A DNA stretch of 64,000 bases, taken from contig OY970358.1 of the NCBI GenBank assembly GCA_963718575.1, forward strand, positions 29,718 to 93,717, given 5' to 3'. The position numbers and the translations under genes were made by a program. This DNA is from an uncultured bacterium. Its GTDB lineage: Bacteria > Patescibacteriota > Minisyncoccia > UBA6257 > 2-01-FULL-56-20. The notes beneath the pieces were generated by a model. It was not told the DNA's origin. It did no database searches and saw nothing but the letters and a program-made list of their open reading frames with translations. Below are positions 19,313-27,705 of the stretch, piece after piece; position 1 is the stretch's first letter, and the number at the start of each line of letters is the position of its first letter.

Positions 19313-19726
19313 CTATTCTCTACTGCCAAAATCTTCAAGAGTTTCCACCTCATTGGGGGTTTTAGGATTGGCCCAAAAATTAATGGTGTCTCTTATTTTC
19401 TCATCAACCAGTTCCTTTATAGCCTGCTCAGCTCCTTCCCTGGTCTCGGGGCTAGCCAAATCCCCAATGATTTTTTCTGCTATCAATTTTCCTTCAGCTG
19501 CAGCCTCATCATAGAATCTTCCATATGTTTCCCGACCAAAAACATCGCCAGGGTGTTCTGCTTTAAATTCTTCTCCAGCCCGATACGCTTTTAATGCTGC
19601 CCTCAAACCTATGCGCCTCATCTGCTGGTCAAGAGAAAGAGGTTTTAAAGCTTCTCCCTCCGCTTGCGGCTTTATACTTTCCATATCCATATGAGTTAAA
19701 TTTAACAAACAGGAATATAATGTCAA
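19313..19726 (-). CDS. hypothetical acidic protein
   Basis: 137-aa ORF with no motifs. Probable start at MDMESIKPQ. Confidence 0.35.
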   Translation of the reverse strand: MTLYSCLLNLTHMDMESIKPQAEGEALKPLSLDQQMRRIGLRAALKAYRAGEEFKAEHPGDVFGRETYGRFYDEAAAEGKLIAEKIIGDLASPETREGAEQAIKELVDEKIRDTINFWANPKTPNEVETLEDFGSRE

Positions 19727-19796
19727 CCAAGATGCGATGTTGGCTGTTATAGCTCGTTCAGTTTGAACTGATTTCCAGAAAATGAGCTTTGATGAG

Positions 19797-20228
19797 CTAC
19801 CCTACTAACCTAGTTCCCGTGACCTTATAGCCTCCTCCCGGCCATTCCCATGCTGCGGAAAAACTATTTCCGCTGGGGTCGAAAATACTCTTCATATGAT
19901 TATCGGAACCTTTATGACCAAACCAGACCGTGAGAATATTGTCGGTAAGTTCATAAACGTAATCGAGCGTCAGGCCATCAAGGGAACTGTAAAAGCGACT
20001 CCATATTTCTTTACTTGGTCGTTCATTGGGCTGCTTCATATGGCCAATGATTTCGATGCCTTTTATTTTTCTCCCACCGTAGTTTAGATCAACGTGTTGC
20101 ACGAGGAAAAATTCGCCCTCCATCCATTCATATTTGATCTGGCCCTGCGCATCGCCCGATATTTTCCATGTACCGACCAATCGATTAAGGGCTTTGATAT
20201 CTGAGTCTAGCGAATCTATTTTCATCAT
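19797..20228 (-). CDS. hypothetical protein, beta-barrel/lipocalin-like pattern
   Basis: 143 aa, alternating beta pattern with Trp/Gly motifs (GTWKISGDAQG...WEWPGGGYKV). Confidence 0.35.
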   Translation of the reverse strand: MMKIDSLDSDIKALNRLVGTWKISGDAQGQIKYEWMEGEFFLVQHVDLNYGGRKIKGIEIIGHMKQPNERPSKEIWSRFYSSLDGLTLDYVYELTDNILTVWFGHKGSDNHMKSIFDPSGNSFSAAWEWPGGGYKVTGTRLVG

Positions 20229-20280
20229 AAATATATTTTAGCAAAATGGAGCCCAAATTGTATGGGCTATTACTTTTAAT

Positions 20281-20340
20281 GCGTTAAACGGAATTTGTGC
20301 GGGGTATCGGACCAGGTTCGAACCTATTTTTTAAGAAATA
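20281..20340. repeat. tRNA-3'-end-like repeat with conserved flank, copy F
   Basis: gcgttaaacggaatttgtgcggggtatcggaccaggttcgaacctatttttt. Confidence 0.7.
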
Positions 20341-20600
20341 TAGAGGGGAACAGCCGAAGCTATTCCCCTCTCGTATGATGACGCCGCCCTAAACTACAGG
20401 GCGGAGGTGCGTCTGGGTAAGACGGCTAAGGGCTGAGTGGTAATGCCACTCACTTTTGGGCGGTTCCCTCAATCTAAACCACAGAGAGAGGTTTGCGTTC
20501 GCCTTTCGTGAACGCGGCCCAGCGATTGACCCCACTCTGCACCCCTGCAGAACGGAATCTTCATAAGATTATCTACCGATATAGTACTCCTATTTTAGAA
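20341..20600 (+). ncRNA. candidate structured RNA; RNase P RNA-like motifs (very tentative)
   Basis: ORF-free 330 bp. Opens with a 9-bp hairpin agaggggaa..ttcccctct. Then, in RNase P order: ACAGGGCGGAGGUGC, GGGUAAGACGGCUAAGGGCUGAGUGGUAAUGCCACUC, and GCAGAACGG. The second resembles AGGUAAGGGUGAAAGGGUGCGGUAAGAGCGCACC. The region between the P4-like and P10-12-like parts is far too short for a canonical type-A RNA. Confidence 0.25.
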
Positions 20601-20669
20601 TTTCGTCAAGCATATTTCACTTTAAGATCCAAACTTCCACTTTACAAATTATCCTTCAAAGGATAAAAT

Positions 20670-21170
20670 ATGGGCAGAAACTTAATTCCAGACTCGGATG
20701 AGTCAAAGAGCGGATGCTCAGGAGGAACAATGTTCTATTACGCAGGCACGAGAGAAGAACATCGGTGGCGCAAATGGCAGAAAATATTCACCGATTTCCC
20801 GTGGCTCTATGCCGTTAAGAGCAATTGGGATTATAAATCGGACAATGTGCGGATCACCAACAATTTCGGCGACCTGAAAGTGTTGCTACTTTCTCCTGCA
20901 AGGGATGAAAGCGTCGAAATTTGGATATACGGAGAAACGATGTATCCACCCAGAATATTTTGTCAGGCCAGCTGGGTGGTGAAAGCTTCGCACTCTGACG
21001 GGAAGACGCTCTGGGCAGAACAGGTCGCGGGGAACGGCAACCCATACGAAGTGGTTCGCTACGTGGTCGTCAAATTTGCCCATGACTCCCATTACACCAT
21101 CTATCGCGACAAAGAGGATCTCAATCTCGAAGGGTGGATCAATCGTTTGTCTGAAACACATCCCTTTTAA
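20670..21170 (+). CDS. hypothetical protein
   Basis: 166-aa ORF, the only plus-strand gene in the island, followed by a hairpin plus T-run. Confidence 0.45.
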   Translation: MGRNLIPDSDESKSGCSGGTMFYYAGTREEHRWRKWQKIFTDFPWLYAVKSNWDYKSDNVRITNNFGDLKVLLLSPARDESVEIWIYGETMYPPRIFCQASWVVKASHSDGKTLWAEQVAGNGNPYEVVRYVVVKFAHDSHYTIYRDKEDLNLEGWINRLSETHPF

Positions 21171-21226
21171 GGAGCGTCGCCGATGACGTCCAACCTCTTT
21201 TTGCTTCCGCCAGATTTTCTGGCACA

Positions 21227-21260
21227 AACCCCAACCATTACGGCTGGGGTTTTTCTTATT
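21227..21260 (+). terminator. intrinsic terminator-like hairpin + T-run
   Basis: aaccccaaccattacggctggggtttttcttatt. Confidence 0.45.
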
Positions 21261-21293
21261 GAAAAATATTTTTTATCTGTTAAACGGATTTTG

Positions 21294-21377
21294 TGCGCCG
21301 GGCAGGATTCGAACCTGCGTAGCCCATAGGGCGAAAGATTTACAGTCTTTTGCGATTGACCACTCCGCCACCGACGC
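21294..21377 (-). tRNA. tRNA-Tyr (anticodon GUA), long variable arm, CCA not encoded
   Basis: Reverse complement folds as acceptor GCGUCGG/CCGGCGC, D-arm with a long loop, anticodon stem AAAGA/UCUUU with loop CUGUAAA, variable arm GCCCUAUGGGC, and T-arm GCAGG-UUCGAAU-CCUGC. Confidence 0.8.
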
Positions 21378-21396
21378 AATGTTTTCTATCCCAACA

Positions 21397-21723
21397 CTAT
21401 TCTTCCGAACCCTCCTTATTCTGCCCGCTCATCTCTTTAAAATCAATGTTCGGGCGCTTGTCCTCTTCCGGTTTGATCTTTTGAAGATGCTTTGCGAGCG
21501 TGTTGTCCAGTTTTAAGATGAGTACTTTTATGCGCCGCAGAAACTTCAAAAGGAAATTATTGAATGCGGCATCGATCTTTTCCGGCATCTCGGAATGCGC
21601 CCAGCGTTCAAGAAATCCTTTTTCCTCTGTCGGTACCTCTTCGATGCGCGGCAGAACCTGCACCGTCAGGTACAGCACGGTTCCCAGGCAGATCATAAGG
21701 ATGATAGTGAAGATGATTTCCAT
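21397..21723 (-). CDS. hypothetical small membrane protein
   Basis: N-terminal TM helix, then a charged C-terminus. Confidence 0.4.
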   Translation of the reverse strand: MEIIFTIILMICLGTVLYLTVQVLPRIEEVPTEEKGFLERWAHSEMPEKIDAAFNNFLLKFLRRIKVLILKLDNTLAKHLQKIKPEEDKRPNIDFKEMSGQNKEGSEE

Positions 21724-21746
21724 AAAATGGATGCGCGCCGCGTACG

Positions 21747-22208
21747 TTACGCTTCGACGCGATAGAATTCGCCGACGGTGACGTTCTCCCCCACCTTCGC
21801 GATCACTTCACCCACCACATCCTTCACTGTCCGCGACTCATCCTTTACATACGGCTGCGCAAGCAATTCCTCGACGTCCTTCGGAGCCGCCGCCGCGATA
21901 TGCATCGCAAGGTCATGTGCCAACGCCCTGAACGGCTCCGAGCGGACCACGAAGTCCGTCTCCGCGCTCAGACGGAGCAGGACGCCGATGCGCTCGTTGT
22001 GCACATATGACTGCACCAGGCCCGCGCCGGTCTCTCGATCCGCACGCTTTTCCACCTTTGCCAGTCCTTTCTCGTGAATGATCTTGACTGCGGCGTCGAT
22101 GTTGCCGTCAGCCTCGATGAGCGCCTTGCGGCAATCCATCACTCCTGCGCTCGTGATATCGCGCAATTTTTGAACCATCTCCGCCGTCACCGTTGTTTTG
22201 GTTTCCAT
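21747..22208 (-). CDS. tsf: translation elongation factor Ts (short form)
   Basis: N-terminal UBA-like MVQKLRDITSAGVMDCRKAL. 153 aa, about half the E. coli length, consistent with reduced-genome lineages. Confidence 0.8.
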   Translation of the reverse strand: METKTTVTAEMVQKLRDITSAGVMDCRKALIEADGNIDAAVKIIHEKGLAKVEKRADRETGAGLVQSYVHNERIGVLLRLSAETDFVVRSEPFRALAHDLAMHIAAAAPKDVEELLAQPYVKDESRTVKDVVGEVIAKVGENVTVGEFYRVEA

Positions 22209-22263
22209 AGTTTCAAATTATACTACATTACCTTTCCGCCCGCATCCTCGTGCGGCCGCACGA

Positions 22264-23043
22264 CTATTTTTCCTGTGCCGGAGCGGAAGCTTTCGCGGTT
22301 GCTTCCGCTGCTTTTGCCTCTGCCGCCACTGCGCGCATCTTCACTCCCTCTTCATAGGCTTTTCCGACGCGCTCCAAAAACCATTCAATACTCTTCTTTG
22401 CCTTATCGTTACCCGGAACGACATACGTGATCTTGTCCGGATCTGCATCCACGTTTGCGAGCGCAATCACGGGGATCTTCTTCGTAATTGCTTCGCTCAC
22501 TGCCGTGTGGTGCAGGATCGGGTCGATAACGACCACGACATCCGGTTCCTTCGTCATCAATTCGAGGCCACCCATCAATTCTTCCAAGCGCCGCATCTCG
22601 CGCTCCATTTCCAAACGTTCTTTCTTTGTATACTTTCCGACGAGCGCGCCGGATGCGAGATCGGTGCGAAGCTGTTTAAGGCGCTCAACACGCTTTGCGA
22701 TGATCTTGAAGTTCGTGATCGCACCCCCGACCCAGCGGGTCGTGACATACGGGATGTTGAGCTTCTTTGCGAGCGTGAGAACGCTCGTCTCTGCCGCCGG
22801 CTCGGTGCCGACGAGGAGTACCAGGCCGTTGTTGTGCACCCGTTCTTTGATGAACGCCGCTGCGGCATCCATCATCTCTTCCGTTTTCTGGAGGTTAATG
22901 ATCTCGATCCCGCCGCGATTGCCCAACACGAACGGACGCATCTTCGGGTTCGTCTTGCTCTTTTTGCGTCCATAAAAAACACCCGCATCCATCATTTCGC
23001 GGGATCCTTCCGCCGGATATCCCGACGTCTGGTTGTTTTGCAT
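22264..23043 (-). CDS. rpsB: 30S ribosomal protein S2
   Basis: MMDAGVFYGRKKSKTNPKM... Canonical tsf-rpsB order. Start chosen at the internal Met. Confidence 0.9.
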   Translation of the reverse strand: MQNNQTSGYPAEGSREMMDAGVFYGRKKSKTNPKMRPFVLGNRGGIEIINLQKTEEMMDAAAAFIKERVHNNGLVLLVGTEPAAETSVLTLAKKLNIPYVTTRWVGGAITNFKIIAKRVERLKQLRTDLASGALVGKYTKKERLEMEREMRRLEELMGGLELMTKEPDVVVVIDPILHHTAVSEAITKKIPVIALANVDADPDKITYVVPGNDKAKKSIEWFLERVGKAYEEGVKMRAVAAEAKAAEATAKASAPAQEK

Positions 23044-23164
23044 CGATACTACTGTGTCTTCTGGCATAGGAGAAAGTATACCAAATGGTGCAGGATAGTC
23101 AAATCAATAAATAAAAAGGCCCGCTCAAAGAGAGTGGGCCACCAACCGAAGGGTTGGATTTGAA

Positions 23165-23755
23165 TTAGCGAAGGAACAAAGCGGGCTTTCCGGGCAGTTT
23201 CCCGTAGAATAACCGGTATGCCTGTATGAGTGAGATGGGTGAAAATTGCATCCCCTGATAAGCAAGCCGTGGAATATACAGCTCACAGAACTCGATATGG
23301 CACCCCTCTACCAGCTTACGGTATTCCTCCATTGTGCCTGTTAAAAGACTTCCAAGTTGTCCGTGCCTTACTGGGTCGTCGGTGAAGAATGCAGTGAATA
23401 CTGGCGCAGGAATAATTCTCCTGGTGCCAAGATTCCTGTGATACTCAGCTTCATACCTCCACCACTCCCTATAATCGGAATCAAGAACGGCCGCGGTCAC
23501 ACTGTTGTGCGTATAGACCCGGATGATAGGAACCGGAGACACGGATTCAACTGTCGTGTCATGCCATGTTGTTATGTAGTAGGACAGCGACACAATTGCG
23601 GAAATCGCGAAGGTCGCTATCGTAAAAGTGATGAGACCATTCGGGTCGGGTAACGTTTTGGTGTGCCACGCGAGAAAAAAGAAAAGACATGTAGCAAGAA
23701 TAGTCCATGCCAATGCAAGCCTTGCCTTTAGATTCCCTGAAAAATTTTTTGACAT
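23165..23755 (-). CDS. hypothetical membrane protein
   Basis: Two or three TM helices and an aromatic-rich C-terminus. Confidence 0.4.
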   Translation of the reverse strand: MSKNFSGNLKARLALAWTILATCLFFFLAWHTKTLPDPNGLITFTIATFAISAIVSLSYYITTWHDTTVESVSPVPIIRVYTHNSVTAAVLDSDYREWWRYEAEYHRNLGTRRIIPAPVFTAFFTDDPVRHGQLGSLLTGTMEEYRKLVEGCHIEFCELYIPRLAYQGMQFSPISLIQAYRLFYGKLPGKPALFLR

Positions 23756-23921
23756 TGCCCCGCTCCTTATGATGGCCGCCTGTCTCATTTCCCCGTGGGG
23801 TAGCTTCTCTTACGAAAAGATTGTTGAGTTCAGGATTTACGCCGCGCCGAAAGGGCAATTTCAGCTGAAAGTATTATATCATCTATAATACTAATATGTC
23901 AACTTCTATCAGCGGCTTTCT

Positions 23922-24982
23922 CTAATGCGATAGGAAGAATATCACTAACCCGAGTGCACAGAAGACGGCGCTCACGATCCAGAAGCGCATGGTCACCTGC
24001 GACTCGGGCCAGCCGAGCGCCTCGAAGTGATGATGGATCGGCGCGGAGCGGAAGACTTTTTTGCCGTGCCGGAGCTTCTTTGAGATCACCTGGATGATGA
24101 CGGACAGCGATTCAATGACGAGGATGATGGTGAAAAATGGAAGGATGAGCGTGGTGTTCGTGAGCATGGCGATGACGCCGATCGTGATGCCGAGCGACAT
24201 CGAGCCGGTGTCGCCCATGAAGAACTTTGCGGGATAGATGTTGAACCAGAGGAACGCGAGCAGTGCTCCGATGATCACCCCGCAGAACGCCGCGAGGTCG
24301 TAGCTGTGAAGCACGAATGCCACCGTGGCGAGCGATACGAAGGCAAACAGCGATACGCCGCCGAGCAGGCCGTCCAGGCCATCGGTCTCGTTCGCGCTGA
24401 ACGCCGCTGCAAAGATGATGAAAATAAAAATCGGGATATACCACCACCCGATCGTCACGTTGCCGATAAACGGGATCGCAAGCACATTCCAGCCGAGGCG
24501 GAAATAAAACCACCACGCGCCGATAAGCGCGATGAGCAGATAACCGACCGCCTTTTGGCGGATCTTCAATCCCCCGCCGGACGCGCCGCCAAGTTTCAAC
24601 ACGTCAGCCAATCGTCGAGCAATCCAAGAAGCGCCGCGATGAGGAATGCGGCGATCGGCAGATAGGTTTGCGCGCGATCGACGAAGTTAAAATAGGTCCA
24701 GCGCCGCCAAAAAGATGGCGCATGATATCGAAGAAGATCGCCATGCGCGATCACCGTAGTCCAGATGATCAGTCCGCCGCTTGTCGGCGTACCCGCTTTG
24801 TTCTTATGCAATTCGGCGAACACCGGCGCTCCCCCGCCGCTGCGCAATTGTTTCCCAAATTTATATTTAATGATGAATTTATACCAGAGCGGCGTGACAA
24901 GGAGCGCGATGATGAATGAGAGCGTGGTGAGGATCGTGACGCGCACCGCTTCGCTGAGCAACAATGATTGCATAAGTAACAT
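23922..24982 (-). pseudogene. mraY: phospho-N-acetylmuramoyl-pentapeptide transferase MraY, split by one apparent frameshift near 24600
   Basis: N-terminal part (24982..24596) ends ...LGLLDDWLTC. C-terminal part (24611..23922) carries DGLDGLAGG, MGDTGS and HHHFE motifs. The two are in different frames and overlap by 16 nt. Confidence 0.75.
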
Positions 24983-25090
24983 TTTTTCGGGAATTATTTA
25001 TAGTCGGTTCTGAACCATAAGTATAGCGCCGAAGTATCCTCGAATGGAAGTGCCGGCGCGCCGAGCACGGTGATGAACACCGGGTGGCCC

Positions 25091-26026
25091 TCATAATCGA
25101 ATATTGATAAGAAGATTTCCGCCTGCCTGCGGCGTGTTGCCGGTCTTTCCGCCGATGAATGCAGGCTCGCCGGCAAAAACATTGATGCTCTTTACCGCAA
25201 TCTTTTTCCGCGAATTCAATTCGGTGATCGTCGTCGCCGGCGTGTCGGTGAGCGCAAGAATTTCCGGATAATCGGCATAGACGTGCTGGGCGAGGATCAA
25301 AAGATCGTTCGCGGTCGATTCATTTGCGGCGGAGATGCCGGACGGATCGGCAAAATAGGTGTCCGTCATCCCCCATGCTGTCGCGCGCGCGTTCATCTCG
25401 TTCATAAATTGCGCCTGGCCGATATAATCCGCCATCGCTTGCGCGGCCACGTTGCTCGACGGCATGAGCAATAAGTGTAAAAGATCCTCGACGGTGTACG
25501 TGCCGCCGATCACAAGCGTCTGTTCGGTCGGATCTGCCGCGAACATCTGCGGCGTGATCGTGATCGTGTGTCGTCGGTGTCAGTTGATCGAGCACGAGCG
25601 TCGCGGTCATGAGCTTGGTGAGCGACGCGGTCGGCCAGCGGCTTGCGTCGTTCGAACCGGCGAGCACCGCGCCGGTCGTAAGGTCGGCCACCATATATGA
25701 TTCGTTGGTGAAGATCGGCAATGGTGTCGTCTCGGTCTTTGAGAATACCGAATTGATGAGCGTGGTCGACGGGCTGGGGTTTGTAATGGTGCTCGTCACT
25801 GCGTTCTCGGCGCTGACCATCGCCCCGGTTGCGGTGTCTCCTACGGACGTTTGCGGCAGAACGAGCGTCGGCGGTTCGGTCGATGCCTGCGCATCGGCCG
25901 TCTGCGGGCGTGATCATTCCTCGCAACCGCCGGAACGCCTGAAAGGTTGGGATATACCAGGCGTGCAAAAAAGATCGCACCGATCACAACAAATAAAAAA
26001 ATGAATTTCTCGTGGTTTTTTAACAT
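25091..26026 (-). pseudogene. serine-type D-Ala-D-Ala carboxypeptidase (PBP5/6-like) with at least three frameshifts
   Basis: Signal peptide MLKNHEKFIFLFVVIGAIFFA, SLTK (SxxK), SAAN (SxN-like) and KTG motifs are spread across three different frames between 26026 and 25091. Confidence 0.6.
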
Positions 26027-26040
26027 GATAATTGCGAACT

Positions 26041-26643
26041 ACTACTGCGTCGTCGGAGCGGTCGCATCCGTAGTGCTTCCGGAGCTCTCGGCGGACGCGC
26101 TCTCCGTCTTCGGCGCGTCGAACACTTTCAATAGTTCCTGGAACTTCTCGTAATCCGGCAGACCCTCCTTTTCTTTTATCCCAAGATGCTTCATGAGGTC
26201 GAACGTGCCGCGATAGAGAAAGCTCGGCCGGATGCTCCGGGTCGGGAAATCGCTCCACGAGCCCGCGGATCATCAAGACTGCGCAAAATAACGATCGAGT
26301 TCACGCCGCGCAGATATTCCAGTCGCGCGCGCGAGATCGGCCCGAGGTACGCAATGATAGAGAGCGCCTCGAGTGACGCAGGCGAAAGATCCTCGGAGAT
26401 CTCCTCCTTCATAAAGCTTTCAAGGATGCTGTTGAACTCCGGCTTGGTGGCAAGCTGGATCTTCTCGCGGTCGGAAACGAGCTGAAGTCCGCGCGTATCG
26501 GCGTCGAGGTCGGCTTCGAGCTCTTTGATGATCGCTTCGAGCTCCTCTTTTTCTATCCCCAAAACCGACTGTATTTTTTTATACGAGAGTGGTTCTCCGT
26601 GGATGAATAGCAATGCCTCAAGTGATGCCCGTCCGTTTTTCAT
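26041..26643 (-). pseudogene. scpB: segregation and condensation protein B with two frameshifts near the 3' end
   Basis: MKNGRASLEALLFIHGEPLSYKKIQ... winged-helix N-terminus. The C-terminal 60 aa (DLMKHLGIKEKEGLPDYEKF...APTTQ) is recoverable only in another frame. Confidence 0.65.
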
Positions 26644-26653
26644 GAAAAGTTAA

Positions 26654-27427
26654 TTATTTTTTCTTCACCATTATATCAGAAAAATTATCCATTTGCTCCA
26701 GGAGCACGAGCTGTTCGCGCGCGAGGTGAAGGATCGCGAGGAAGACCACGATCATCTCGCCCCGCGATTTATCGCCGGACAGCTGATTGAAGTGCATATC
26801 CCCTTCCTTTTGGATGCGTCCGAGCACCTCCGTGATCTTTTCCTCGAGCGTAATGATTTTCTCGTGGATCGTTTCCGTTTCGAGATCGTACGTCTTGATC
26901 GTATCGAAAATGCCGCCGAGTCGCTGTCGGTAAGCGCCTCCATAGTGAGGTTCTCGCCCGGATAGAACATTGTCTGTCCCGGAACGATTCCCGTGCCGCG
27001 GCCAATGAAGTACGGACGGCTGAACGAGTGGTGGCTCGTCGGCCAAAGCTCTGTTGATCAGCTTGATCGCGGGCTTGAGCTGTTGATAGATGTGCAGGCG
27101 CGATTCGAGGTCTTTGATGTCCGCCTCTTCTTCTTCCGACAGCGCCAAGCCCGGCAATAAATATTTTGATTTGAGGAAGATCAGTTTGCTCGCGACGGAA
27201 ACAAAGTCTGCGAGCACGCGGAGGTCGATGCGGAATTTATTTTCCGCGTCTGCCGCACTTTCCGCGTTTACATCAAGCCCGCCTTTAAACGTCTCCAGAT
27301 AGCGCAAAAAATCGTCCGTGACCTTGGCGAGACTGACCTCGTTGATATCCATCTTCTCCGCCTCAATCAGCTCCAAAAGCTTCTCAAGCGGCCCGCTGAA
27401 CTCCCCTACGCGCGTTTCATATTCCAT
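26654..27427 (-). CDS. scpA: segregation and condensation protein A
   Basis: 257 aa with ScpA-like N- and C-termini. The central 30 aa (around 26920-27000) read better in another frame, so a compensated frameshift pair is possible. Confidence 0.65.
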   Translation of the reverse strand: MEYETRVGEFSGPLEKLLELIEAEKMDINEVSLAKVTDDFLRYLETFKGGLDVNAESAADAENKFRIDLRVLADFVSVASKLIFLKSKYLLPGLALSEEEEADIKDLESRLHIYQQLKPAIKLINRALADEPPLVQPSVLHWPRHGNRSGTDNVLSGREPHYGGAYRQRLGGIFDTIKTYDLETETIHEKIITLEEKITEVLGRIQKEGDMHFNQLSGDKSRGEMIVVFLAILHLAREQLVLLEQMDNFSDIMVKKK

Positions 27428-27475
27428 AGATGGATGACTATTGCGTTTATCATAAGAAAATTTTGAATATAAATA

Positions 27476-27512
27476 AAGAAAAGCCCCGCGAATGGCAAGC
27501 GCGGGGCTTTTC
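27476..27512. terminator. bidirectional terminator-like hairpin
   Basis: aaaagccccgcg-aatggcaa-gcgcggggctttt. Lies downstream of a possible 38-aa minus-strand membrane-peptide ORF (27527..27643). Confidence 0.45.
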
Positions 27513-27669
27513 CGGGGCTAGTGAAAACAGTTGGGGTGAGCGATGAGCAAAAAGCACATAAGTGGAACCCCCACAACGATTGAGAAAAATATAATTTTTC
27601 TCATCTTCGGAGAGTGGGTCCTCATTTCCGGCATTATGATATTCTCCTCTATGGAATTATGACATATAT

Positions 27670-27697
27670 TTGATATTTAAGCAACTACAGCTATAAT
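27670..27697 (+). promoter_or_regulatory. sigma70-like promoter for dnaX
   Basis: TTGATA-N16-TATAAT, ending 9 nt upstream of the dnaX ATG. Confidence 0.5.
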
Positions 27698-27705
27698 GAT
27701 TTCAC

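Noticed and set aside
16317-20340. Each repeat copy as an independent complete tRNA gene
   Set aside because: Only the T-arm and acceptor 3' strand are present. The upstream sequence does not provide the D-arm, anticodon arm or 5' acceptor strand. Only the 21294..21377 locus folds as a full tRNA.
16000-21400. CRISPR array interpretation of the regularly spaced repeats
   Set aside because: Repeat spacing ranges from 0.47 to 1.45 kb and the intervals contain genes, not 30-40 bp spacers. Repeats are 35-50 bp, tRNA-like and imperfect. No cas genes are present.
22198-23163. 321-aa plus-strand ORF overlapping rpsB
   Set aside because: Antisense to a ribosomal protein gene with unmistakable S2 sequence. 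The product is Arg/Cys/His-rich nonsense.
24596-24611. Programmed ribosomal frameshift in mraY
   Set aside because: There is no slippery heptamer or stimulatory structure, and many neighbouring genes show similar indels. Artefact or decay is more likely.
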